Source: Lama glama (Eukaryota). Taken from it: a stretch of DNA of 64,000 nucleotides. Shown here in pieces: positions 23,703-35,748 of the stretch. Where the stretch lies: NCBI GenBank assembly GCA_028534125.1, contig CM052816.1:13766001-13830000 (forward strand), in the 5' to 3' direction. The stretch's first letter is position 1; each line of letters opens with the position of its first letter. The notes beneath the pieces are model-generated. The model searched no databases. It saw only the letters and a program-made list of their open reading frames with translations, and had not been told where the DNA came from. Made by a program: the position numbers and the translations under genes.

Positions 23703-24904
23703 GACAAACCAAATGAAAGAATGAGTGACTGAATACAGAGTAAAACTAGAAATTTCAGAGGAGTAGGTCCCAATCCTTCCTTGGCACTGAGTGACGTGAC
23801 CTTAGAAAAGCCAAATTAAAGCACTGGAGTAACCTGTTTTCCCAGTTATAAATTAGAGAAAGCAATTCTAATCTATTTCTTAGGGCTATTGTTACTGATA
23901 AGTATTATAAATGACAATGAGGAAACATTTTGCAACTAAGGATCAAATAATACATCCATGAGTGTAAAAGAGAAATTAGTAGAGCTACTAAATTGATTTT
24001 TTAAATTTAATTTCCTACTGTTTAAAAAAAAACCCTCACAAACAAAAAAAACAGGAGTCCCACTGAACACAAATTAATTATCTTTGAACAGTGCTATTCA
24101 TGGTGTCACAGAACCATGGCGCTTTAGAACTATAAGAGATTATGGAAAACATTCAGTTCAATCACATTGTTTTAAAGGCAAGGAAACTGCACCAGGGAAG
24201 AAAGCTACTTCCCCAAGTTCACTGATTTAAGAGAATGGAAATAGTCTAATAAGAAAAGATACTTTCTGAAGCCTGAATAAGAAATAAGGTCAAAATGAAA
24301 AGAACATAGTGTTTCTATCCCTAGGTTCAAACACTGGCTTTGACACATGTTTTGAATCTCAGTTACTTCCTTTAAAGCAGGAATGATAATTAATATCTCA
24401 TAGAGTTACAGTTAAGAACAAGTGAAATAATATACACAGTACATTGTCAGGCACATAATAAATGTTCAATAAAATATAACTTGAATTACTATTACATGAA
24501 CTTTAAAAATCTTACAATTTACCATACCTGCTTAAAAAAAAAGAATGAAATTGTGGTTTTTAAACTGAGCTAAGAAATGAAACTCACATATTTGATGTTC
24601 TATCAAAAATAATTTTATCTTTATTAGTTGAAATAGTTCCTTGAATTTCTGTTTACAGCATTCCTAGAAGACAATGCAGGGTTGTTTTCAAACTTGAAAC
24701 CACAAACCAACACACTTTCACTTTAGGATGGAATCTGTCACTGAAATACCTCAAAGATTATTTACAGAGAAATCCTAGCACCTGTATACTTGTAGTTTTG
24801 TTTCTTATCTAAAAAAATTTTGTGAAGATAAGGAACATAGTATTTAAAAGACGTAGTTAAGAATGTCTTCAAATCACCTTTTTCAAAGTAATGCCAAAAG
24901 CAAA

Positions 24905-25810
24905 AATGTAGAGCATCAGACAGACACTGGTTTTAACCACAGCCCTGCCACTTGCTGGCTGTTCGACCTTGGACAGTTCATACATCTAAGCCTCAAGAGT
25001 TTCTTTTAATTGAAGTATAGTTGATTTACAGTGTTGTGTTAGTTTCTGGTGTTCTGTGTTAGAATCTGATGTAATTCAGCACAGTGATTCATATATATAT
25101 ATATGAATATATACATGTATATATTCTTTTTCATATTGTTTTGTTATAGGTTATTACAAGCTATTGAATACAGTTCCCTGTTCTATACTATAGGACCTTA
25201 TTGTTTATATATTTTACATATAGTACTTTGTATCCAATAATCCCAAACTCCTAATTTATCCCTCCCAAATCCCTTTCCCCTTTGGTAACCATAAGTTTGT
25301 TTTCTGTGTCTGTGAGTCTGCTTCTGTTTTGTAAATTAGTTCATTCGTCTCATTTTTTTAGATTCCACATATAAGTGATATCATATGATATTTGTCTTTC
25401 TCTGTCTGACTTACTTCACTTAGTATGATAATCTCTAGGCCCATTCATGTTGCTACAAATGGCATTATTTCATTCTCTTTTATGGCTTAGTAGTTTTCCA
25501 TTGTGTGTATATATACCATAACTTCTTTATCCAATCATCTGTTGATGCACATTTATGTTGCTTCCATGTCTTGGCTATTGCAAATAGTGTTGTTATGAAC
25601 ATTCAGGTGCACATAATTTTTCCAGTTAGTTTCCTCCGTATATAAGCCTGGGAGTGGGACTTTTGGATCACATAGCCTCAAGGTTTTTAAGTGTAAAATG
25701 GGATGACAATAGTACCTACCTCACAGGAATGTGGTGAAAATTAATTGATAGAATTCATGTAAATACTTACTTAGACCAGTGACTGTACTATAGTTAAGTG
25801 TTCCCCAAAA
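24905..25810 (+). mobile_element. MIR split by an L1
   Basis: GCCACTTGCTGGCTGTTCGACCTTGGACAG...AGCCTCAAG resumes after the L1 as TGTAAAATGGGATGACAATAGTACCTACCTCACAGG. Confidence 0.8.
25001..25673 (-). mobile_element. 5'-truncated L1 (cetartiodactyl type)
   Basis: TTAATTGAAGTATAGTTGATTTAC...TTAGATTCCACATATAAGTGATATCATA; TSD core AGCCTCAAG at 24989 and 25674. Confidence 0.92.
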
Positions 25811-26759
25811 ATGTTAGCTAAATTAAATGGTAACTAACCACTCTGTTGGAAGATGAACTTTGATAAGCCCAATGTTTATAATCTTTTGTTTCCTCTGGCC
25901 GAGGTTAGATAAAAAATGTTAAGTGATTTTTCAGTGTAATCCTGTAAATTTTCAAGAGTAGGTGCTCACATGAGGACAGAAATGGAGGTAGGTTTCCTCC
26001 CTTGTTCTAGTAAACCTGAAGGAAACCAAGAGCCTCAGGTTCAATTCAGAACTCGAAAAAGAAAAAGATTTGCTGGTTACTCTGGAGACATCAGGATCTA
26101 AGTCTTCAGGGAAGCTTCCCTGCCGTCCTAATTGAAAACACTCCCCACTCTTAGTCTCCATTGTTATTCTACATCTTAGAAACCTCTGACCGTTTTCTTC
26201 AGGTCAGACAACAATTTGAAGTTATTTTGTTTATTTGTTGACCCCTACACACGTCTCCTCTCTCCTGCTCCTCCTCAGTCCACTAGAATGTAAATTCTCT
26301 GTTGGCAAGGATAGCACAGGGACTGTGTGGTCATGGCTGTAAACTGAGTGCCTAAAACAGTGCCTGCATATTGTAAACTCCCAGTAACTGTCTAGTGAAT
26401 GAATGAATGAATGATTTTATAAATGGGCAGTGCTGGCAGGTACCCAGTGCTTCAGGCTCTCCTTAGCTGTGTAGGAAAGAAGGTGAACTGATCTTGCAGC
26501 TGCCATAAGAGGAAAAGAGAACTAGGGAAATTCACGACCACACAGACCCAGTACTGAAGTGCTGGACCACATGGCCTTAGAATTTCCAGGGAGGGAACAA
26601 AGGAAATACACAGCAGCTGTGTGATCCCAGGCCAAGAAATTATACACACACTCGCGTGCACGCATGTATGCCTACAGAAATAGACTCTCCACTGAGACTT
26701 GCGGTCACTTAGAATATGGTAGATTGTCTTTTATTTCAGGCACAATCATCTTTACTTGA

Positions 26760-27353
26760 CCTCTGGGTCACTCACTGCCTCTTGGGTCCCCTTTGTCACT
26801 GGTCCCTCCTCCTCAGTTTCCTTTGTAGATTCCTCCTCATTTTCCCAACTTCTGCACACTAGACCATTCCAGGTAAGTTCTCAAGCCTCTATTCACACAC
26901 ACAGCTCTCTAGATGACCCCAACCTGCCTCATGGCTACACATACCATCTGCACGCTAACAACCTCCAAATATCTACCCTCTCTTTGACCACTCTTCTGAA
27001 CTCCAGACAAGTGCACACAACTTGACTGCTCAGCACTCTCCTTGCATATCCAAATAGGCATCTCAAACTTAAAAAGGGACCAGAACTAAACTCTTGATTT
27101 TCTTCCCAAACCTGCTCCTCTCAACAGCAAATCCATCTTTGCAGTTGTCCAAGCCAAAACACTAAGAAAGCCAAAACTTTCCTTCTCTCTCTACTATCCA
27201 CATCCGATCACCAGCAAATTCTTCTGGCTGAATCTTTAATATACACCTGTAATCCAAACACTTTTCTATCTCCTGGCCACCACCCTGGTCCAAGGCACCA
27301 TCATCTTTTCCCAAAATATTTCAATAGCCCCCAAAGTAGTCTCTTGACTTCTG
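26760..27353 (+). mobile_element. L2 fragment running into the gap
   Basis: TACCATCTGCACGCTAACAACCTCCAAAT...AATAGGCATCTCAAACTTAA...GCCACCACCCTGGTCCAAG. Confidence 0.8.
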
Positions 27354-27853
27354 NNNNNNNNNNNNNNNNNNNNNNNNNNNNNNNNNNNNNNNNNNNNNNN
27401 NNNNNNNNNNNNNNNNNNNNNNNNNNNNNNNNNNNNNNNNNNNNNNNNNNNNNNNNNNNNNNNNNNNNNNNNNNNNNNNNNNNNNNNNNNNNNNNNNNNN
27501 NNNNNNNNNNNNNNNNNNNNNNNNNNNNNNNNNNNNNNNNNNNNNNNNNNNNNNNNNNNNNNNNNNNNNNNNNNNNNNNNNNNNNNNNNNNNNNNNNNNN
27601 NNNNNNNNNNNNNNNNNNNNNNNNNNNNNNNNNNNNNNNNNNNNNNNNNNNNNNNNNNNNNNNNNNNNNNNNNNNNNNNNNNNNNNNNNNNNNNNNNNNN
27701 NNNNNNNNNNNNNNNNNNNNNNNNNNNNNNNNNNNNNNNNNNNNNNNNNNNNNNNNNNNNNNNNNNNNNNNNNNNNNNNNNNNNNNNNNNNNNNNNNNNN
27801 NNNNNNNNNNNNNNNNNNNNNNNNNNNNNNNNNNNNNNNNNNNNNNNNNNNNN
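27354..27853. other. Assembly gap (500 N)
   Basis: Run of N. Confidence 1.
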
Positions 27854-29129
27854 TAGAGCCACCAGGCCAAAGGTATTCTTCACTGAACTTGAAGCTGAGT
27901 GGATATACACCAGGAGCTAATGTGAACCAAATCATGGGGAGAGCCTGCCCGAGAATGAAGCCAATACAGAGGAAAGAAGAGCTGAGACATGAAGAAGGAA
28001 AGAGAGACTGAGTACTGAAGACATTCTTTGAAATACTAGATCTGGCTACACCCGCAGCTACACTTCTCAATTATGTGAACCAATAAATTCTCTTCTTAAG
28101 TTCTGGCAACATTTTGTAAGCTTCTCCACCACCTGCAGCCAAAAAGTCCACATGAAAGATACAATTCCATTGCTCTTTTTCCTGCTTCATCCACCAATGG
28201 GGAATCAACTGTCTCAGGTCATAGTCACTTCCATAGGCCAGCTCGCCTATGAGTGCAATCCACACTATGCTCAGCATTTCCGGTCAACCTCCTGTCGTCT
28301 CTGTATCAGCCTCACTCTCCATCTCTACTTTGTGCACTCTCTGTCCCAGAGCTCTGTTCATCCCCTGAACTCACAAAGTTCTAAGTTGTAAGGCCCAGTA
28401 GGCTGTGGCCCTCACTGCTTCCCAGGGACACTTCCTATTTATTGTATTCACCCACAGCAGGCTCTTTCTACCCTGCCAATTGTTTGTTTTAATATGAAGA
28501 GGCAGGACTGGATGGAAGCCACGTCTGTCTCCAGGCTTGGAAAGCCCACTGCCAAATTTCTGGGCTCTGGCCACCACCCAACACCACCGGGTACACTCTG
28601 TTCAAGCTCAAGTCTTCTTGTCCCGAATGTCATACCTGCTACTTTTCCCTCCTCTCTCCAGATCACAAGTTCAGCCTGATGTTATTCCCAACTCTGTCAT
28701 CTCTGTTGTTGCCCTGACACCCAGGACCTGTGCCATTTCCCCTCAGGGATCTTGGGAATTTCTGTGAAATCATACCTTAGTGGTCTAGAGGAAGCTAGCT
28801 TCCAAACAGTTTCATAACTACCATGACAGCAATCTCCGTCTTCAAATAAACTTGTTTCCCTTTTTCCTGCCTCCAAACAAGCAAGGTATCTGTTTGGAAA
28901 TACCTGCCAAAAGAGGAAAATAACTTTCTTCAGAATTACACCAGAGGATGAGAATTCTTCCTTTAGCTCTTGCCTGAAACACAGGGAACTATTAGAGGGA
29001 CTAGAACTTCCCTGAGCACAGACGACGAGGTGATCGCCTTCCTCTGCTTTAATTATCTGTCTCTCATTCAGCAAGTATAAATGAGTAGCCTTCTGTGTTC
29101 TTGCCAAGCCCCAGAGTTGAGTTGTAACC

Positions 29130-29860
29130 ATTCAACTCAAATTCAACAAATATTTATTGAGCATTTATTACATGCCAGGTGCCATGCTAATTAAGGGGTG
29201 TACAGAGGAGAACAGGACAGGCAAGATGCCTGCTTCATTCAGATTCTACTCTAGTGAGGCTTAAAAAGAGGTAGCAAATAAACATAGAACAATAAATGAA
29301 CAAAACTTCAGACAGTGAGAAGTGTTATCAAGAAAATACATGGGGATAATATGTTTCGGAGTAAGGGGATATTTTAGATAAAGTGATCAGAGAGGGCTGA
29401 TCTGAGCAGGTAATATCTGAGTTAAAACCCCAAAGAAGAGAAGGTACAATGGAGATTTGAGAGGAGTATTCCAGACAGGATCAGCACATGCAAAGGCCCT
29501 GAGCTTGGAGCAAGTCCGCTGCATTAGAGGTAGGCAAATTATGCCCTCGGGGCCAAATCCTGCCTGCCTTCTTTTTTTGTACAGCCCAAAAGCTAAGAAT
29601 GGCTTTTACATTTTTAAGCAGCTGGAGAAAAATATTTCATGACATATGAAATTCAAATTTCAGTGACCATAAATAAAAAATATTTTTTGGAATACATCTC
29701 ATTCATTTTATATTTTCCATGGCTCGTTTCATGCCTCATTGGCAGAACTGAGTAGTTGCAACAGAGACCTCGTGGTTATAAAACTTTAAATATTTACTAT
29801 CTGACTCTTTCCGAAAAAGTTTATAGACCCCTGTATTAGAGGAACAGGAAGAAATCTCTT
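29130..29860 (-). mobile_element. L2a 3' end, interrupted by MER58
   Basis: ATTCAACAAATATTTATTGAGCA...TGCCAGG...GCACATGCAAAGGCCCTGAG. Confidence 0.8.
29530..29833 (-). mobile_element. MER58B-like hAT-Charlie
   Basis: Reverse orientation relative to the 23381 copy; ends GACCCCTG; TSD CATTAGAG/TATTAGAG. Confidence 0.85.
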
Positions 29861-29939
29861 CCCAGGCTTGGGAGAACCTTGAATTTCTTTAGTTATTTTT
29901 CACCCTTTTGACTGTAAATAACAGAAAACCCGTTTCCAG

Positions 29940-30500
29940 TTGACTTAGACAATGTGGAGGCCTAAGTACAGGCAAAAAATCTGTGATACGTTCCCCATCA
30001 AGAGGGAGAATCCATCACCTCTTCTTGAATCTAGGTGGGCTTTGTGCCTGCGGTGAGCCACAGGATATGATGGAAGGGATTCTGTACCAGTCCAGGCTTG
30101 GGCCTGAAGAAACTCGCATAGTCCACTTCCTGCCTCTTGCAACACTTTGGGAGCCCTGCACCCCGTGCAGGAAGTCTGACTAGTCTGGGATGGCCATGCT
30201 GGAGAGGGCACAAGGACGTGCTCTGGTTGAAGGTGTCAGGTGAGCCTAAACTTCAAGCCATCACCACCAAGATGCCAGATATGTGAGGGACACCATCTTG
30301 GTCTCTTCAGACCAGGCCATCAGCCAGCTAAGTACCACTGAATGACCTCAGTTGATGCTACGTGGAACAGAAGAATCACCTAGTTGAGCCCTGCTTGGCT
30401 TCCTGGCCCCCAAAATTGTGAAATATAATAAAATGGGTGCTGTTTTAAGCCACTCCATTTTGGAGTAATTGTTTCATAGCAATAGACAACCAGAATAAAC
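29940..30500 (+). mobile_element. MLT1 LTR fragment(s)
   Basis: TGCTGTTTTAAGCCACTCCATTTTGGAGTAATTGTTTCATAGCAATAGACAACCAGAA is a typical MLT1 3' end. Confidence 0.7.
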
Positions 30501-31054
30501 AACACAGAGATTTTATTATCTCATGTAATAAGAAGTTTAGGGGTCGATCAGGGTCCATCCACAATATATCCTGGTACTGCTTTTCTGAAACTCCTTGGCC
30601 TCTGCTCACTGCATTGGGTTGGTTTCACTGTTAGACAGGCAGGTGGCTTCAGCACTTTCTGGAGTCTCACTCAAACATGGCAATGTCCAGAAGGAAAAGA
30701 AAGATCGTTCTTAGGGGAAAGAATATGTAGGCTGATCAGGATCTACCCAGGAATTAGGGACGAAATCTCCTCCTCTGAGTCACACGGAAGGGAGGGACAC
30801 TTGATCAAAACTGGTGGAAGGGAAGTAGGAAGGATGGAAGTCATTGGATACTGGGTCAGAAACCCACTGTATTCAAAGCATCTTTCTTCTTCATATCATT
30901 CATTTATTCACCCATTCATCCAGAATATTTTAGGTTGAGCCACATGAATATGCTTTTTTTTAATAAGTCATAGTCAAATAACAACAACTTCAAATGGTTA
31001 AACTTAATATTTATCAAACCTATAACAGGCATGGGGCTGCAATTAAAGGGTGCT

Positions 31055-31526
31055 GTTGTGGTGTATATATACAATGGAATACTACACAGCAATAAAAAAG
31101 AATAAAATAAGGCCATTTGCAGCAACATGGATGAAACTGGAGATTGTCATTTTAAGTGAGGTAAGCCAGAAAGAGAAAGACAAATACCATATGATATCAC
31201 TTATTTGTGGAATCTAGAAAAATGACACAAATGAACTTATTTACAAAATAGAAACAGACTCACAGACTTGGAAAACAAACTTACGGTTATCAGGAGGGAA
31301 AGAGGTTAGGAAGGGGTAAATTGGGAGCTTGGGGTTTGCAGATACTAACTACAATATATAAAATAGATAAACAACAAGGTCCTACTGTATAGCACAGGAA
31401 ACTATATTCAAACACTTCTAATAGCCTATAATGAAAAAGAATATGAAAAGGAATATACACATATGTACACCAGAAATTCACACAACTATAATTGACTATA
31501 CTTCAATAAAACAAATTTTTAAAAAT
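31055..31526 (+). mobile_element. 5'-truncated L1 3' end
   Basis: TACAATGGAATACTACACAGC...GACTATACTTCAATAAAA; TSD TTAAAGGGTGCT (31043) / TTAAAGCGTGCT (31527). Confidence 0.92.
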
Positions 31527-34500
31527 TTAAAGCGTGCTAAGTTTAAGGAAGAGAAAGAACAGGACCAGCTATATAATCAGCAGAACTTAGTCAAAATGAA
31601 AAGAGAGAGCCCCTTGATGAAAAATACTCAAGAATTCCAAGATGGCAACTGCAGAGCATTAAGCCAATGATGGAGCCCTTCTAAGTACAGGGCGCTGTGT
31701 GGTTGCCCAGGCTGCATGCCCAAGAAACTGGCCCCGGGGAAGAACAGTGTCCACAAGAGAGAACAGCAGGAGGCCTGGTTAGGTTAGGGGGACCCAGAAG
31801 GAGGATGATACTTGAGCAAGGACCTGAAGGATGGATAGGAGCAACCAGGCGGGAAGTGGAGGGTGCGGCTTCCCAGCAGAAGCACAGCATTCCTTCTTCA
31901 ACTCCACACTCCAAGTTGGGTAAGAGACTTAGGGTAGCCTGTCATCAGTTGTGATGAGACAAAAAGATAAAGGTAACAGATCCCTCTCCTGACTGTGCCA
32001 GCTCAGGCCTTTTTCCCAACCCTCTTCTGTGCTCCAGATCTTAGCACCTGGGTAACCTACCCGTATAATCTGATCCTTCCCCTTCAGCACCGAGATGATC
32101 GGGACAGCCCTAGAGGGGCCCCAGCCCTGCTCTCTGCAGGGCTCAAAATGCATGTGCTTCCTGGGACAACAGCCTAACCTCCTGACCCAGTTGGCCCAGG
32201 CTCATCATACACAAGGGAGAATTCTTCCTCCCCTCACATTCCCCAAACCCCTATCATGAAGACAGCTAACACTAATTGGACCTCAGAAATGTTTTATCAC
32301 CAAACCTGAAACTTTTCCCTAAAATGATTTTATTCCATGTTCAGTTCTACAATGTTCTTTTTCTGTATCGAAGCTTGTGGAAACTTGCTGTAGTGGGCCT
32401 CCAAGTTGGTTGTCAACAGAATCAGATGAGAAGCTTATTAAAAATACAGATGCGCCAGCCCCATGCCAAACCCAGCTCCTCTGTTTTTAACAAGTTCCAC
32501 AGGTAGTTCTTATGCATTGCCAGGTCTTTGAACCATAGCTTTAGCAAGCTGGACAGAATAAGGAAAAAAATTCCTATTTGGCTGATAGGAGTCAGAGAGT
32601 TTCATTTCTAATGTTAAATGTGACCCTTCAGGCAAACTACTTTCATTTAGAGCCTCTGTTTCCCCATTAGGTGATGTGGTGTTAATTCCTCGATTACATC
32701 TCCCCCAGAGGCTCTCTGTACCATAAAACACTCGCTGCCTTTCCCACTATTTAGTCTTCCTTATTGGGGTAGCACCTCAGTTTCTCCCAGAAGCTGACTA
32801 CCCCTCTCCTATTGCAGGTAGGCTCGGTGGGAATGCCAAACCAGGTGCTCCGATGCCCCCTGGCTGACCTGTAGACCCAAGACCCAAGTCTGGCCAACCA
32901 GATTTTTTCTCCCAGGAAATTAAATATTGAGACAAGTGAAGCAGAGAATGAAAATAAATGAAGTTGATTCATCTTGGAGGGGTGACCAGGAACCCTGCTC
33001 TCTGAGCTATCCTGGTTCCTTCGCTTTCAGAAACCTAGTTTGACAGCTTTTCCTTGGGATCTGTGAGCAACCCCATAGCCTTCTAATAAATTCCTTTTTT
33101 TTTTCTTGGTTAAATGAGCCAGAGTTGGTTCTGTTGCCACCAAGGAATCCTGTTTCTTAGAATCGAGATCTGTGATAGGGTTCTATATGGTAATGATGTC
33201 ATAGCTTCCACTCTTAGAAAGCCATTACAGACAGTGCTTTTTAACTAAAGGGACCATTCTCTGGGAAGTCAAGAATTTTTTTTAATAATGACGTCTTTGT
33301 TCCAGCAGTAATAGACAGTGCAAAATGCCTCAGTAGGGAAAAAGATTAATCACTGTCCTGCTGAAATGGCTTACATGGAGAGAGGTTTGGGGTAAATACT
33401 CTAATACTCTGGACCCCGGGAAAGGAAAAGAGAAAAAGGAAGATGGAAAACAGCATCATTTCAGTTTAAACCATCTCTCCTTCAGCTGCAACTCAACCTT
33501 TACACACAAATGTAAGAAAAGACCTGCTCTTTAAGTATTTGAAAGAGGGTTGGAACTTGCATCTAAATATGTATTTTAAGGTGTGCTTATTGCAGAGGAC
33601 ATAACTTTAGTGGTTGAATCCTTTCCTCTCAGCAACGTCCATTTTATTTCTACCCACACATCATTGTTACAATTATTACTATTTCTTGCCTTCATTATCA
33701 TCCTCATTCTGATGATTCTAGCTGAGTTAGGGAGCACTTCCTGTGAACCAGGCACAGTACTGGATGTTTCATATGCATGACCTCACGTGATCCTTACAAA
33801 CGCCCTTCAAAGCCATATTATCCCCATTTTACAGAAGGGAAAACTGAATTCAGTGAGGTTAGCTAATAGGGCTAATGGGCAATAGAATCACTTTATCACT
33901 TATCTGTGTGTCCCCATCTGTCCTCAAGCTTTCTTTCTACTGTGCCCTATCGCCTTAAAGGGAAGGCGCGTGCTGAGTCCCAAGCATCACTGGAAAGAGT
34001 ATTAAATATGGCACTGCATCTCAGATACAGTGGCAGTGGAACTCACTGTGTCATGTTCTGTTTCCCTGACTATAAGCTACTCGAGAGCAGGAACTATGTT
34101 TTGTCCACCATGGTGTTACCACAAATGTCCAGCATGGAGGAAGTGCTCAAAAAATGCTTGTGGAACCGATAACTATTTTGTAAGGTCCTCAGACCTAGGG
34201 ACCAGCACAGGGTTAAGATAAAGAAGGGCTGGTTCAAGAAGTTCCCTCCCAGGAAATGGAAGATTCACGTACCCCTGAAACATTCAGCCAACTTAAAAGG
34301 TTGATCAAGACTTTTTAACAGCATCAGATTATTCTGAACTTGGGACCCTTGGAAGCTCTTTTCCTGTCCATCTTTTAGGCACAGTCATGCTATGGCTTGA
34401 GTTTATGAGGAGGGAAAGTTTCTAAACATCTGACGGGGTAAGTACAAGTCAGAGCTGAAGTTATCAGTCATACTTTTTTGCAGGGATGGGTAGCTCACAA

Positions 34501-35616
34501 AATGCTCAAATCCAGCTAGCATGTGCTCCATTGAGGACCCAGGTGTAACGCTATTTTATTGCTTTCAGAGCTTGAGCTAACCTTTGGTTGCTATGAGACC
34601 CACTATATATCCTTGGGTGAATTCCTTTTGTGCTTCAGTCCTCCAAATAAGGACACGTAAACAACCAACCAAGATTTCCCACCAAGTCCACAGAGCTCCC
34701 TCTGCGGGGTCTCATTTATTCCCTACTGTGAGTTCAGAGCTTGGCCTTTGGTGTCAGGCCTTTGGCTGCACCGTGCACCAGTCAAGTGACCTTGGGCAGA
34801 ACACTGTAAGCTCTCAAAGCCTCTCCAGTCTCGCCTGCTGCTGGGGGACTGGCGACACGTGACCACGTGTATGGACCGATTAGCCCAGTGCCAGGTATGT
34901 GACAGGCAGGCAGTAAATCGTGGCTTAGGAACAGTGATATCTCTGCTGGCTTCACTTGCACATTTCCTTCGAAACAATCCAGAAGTCCAGTGTGTTCTTG
35001 GCGTCTTAAGTGGCAGGTGTGACTTGAAGTCATCCTTCAACCATGTAAAGTACTTTCTCAACTTCTAAATTATGAGCAGAATTAATTGGGACTAAGGCAA
35101 CGAAGCTATACGGACTTATTTAGCATAACACTTCAGTCCTGAGCTCTCCCTTAGAAAAATTCCAATAAACAAAATCAATTACTCTTACAAAGACTGTTTT
35201 GACCATTTCTCAAGGAACATCACCATGGCTAGTGCACAAACCTGGACTGTTTTATGGTCCAAACTTGCTGTTTCTATTTAAAGGCTCAGATGTGAGGCAT
35301 AGAGCAGGTTTGATTTTGAACATAGTGAGCAGATGACACATTACTGCTTTCTCAAGACACTCTGAACAGGCCTTTCAAAATCACCATCCTGCCTTATTTT
35401 TACTAGACCATGGATCAGTCCTCCGCAGTTTCAAGCCAGATGATTTCAAAGGTTCAAGAAACCCGTTAGATCACACTGGCTACAGGTAGGCCCTTCTGAA
35501 TGGGGAAAATCCTGATACAGTGACAAGAGAACTCTTTGCTAAAGTTACGTGTGGCTACCAGGACCTACTGGAGCCATCAAAATGCGAGCAGTAGTCTAGA
35601 AGAATAAGAACGTGCT

Positions 35617-35748
35617 GGGGGAGGGTAGCTCTGTGGTAGAGTGTGTGCTTAGCATGCACAAGGTCCTGGGTTCAATCCCCAGTAGCTCCATTAAATAAAC
35701 ATATAAGTGAACCCAATTACCTCCCCACTAACAAAAATTTTTTAAAGA
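35617..35748 (+). mobile_element. tRNA-Ala(AGC)-derived SINE (camelid Vic-1-like)
   Basis: GGGGGAGGGTAGCTCTGTGGTAGAGTGTGTGCTTAGCATGCACAAGGTCCTGGGTTCAATCCCCAG followed by AATTACCTCCCC tail; TSD AGAAGAATAAGAACGTG / AGAAGAATCAGAACATG. Confidence 0.9.

Noticed and set aside
27266..28070. 170-249 aa ORFs
   Set aside because: Artefacts of translating through the N gap.
35617..35690. Apparent tRNA-Ala(AGC) genes here and at 55979
   Set aside because: Both have altered 5' and D-arm sequence, a shared non-tRNA tail and TSDs, so they are SINE copies.
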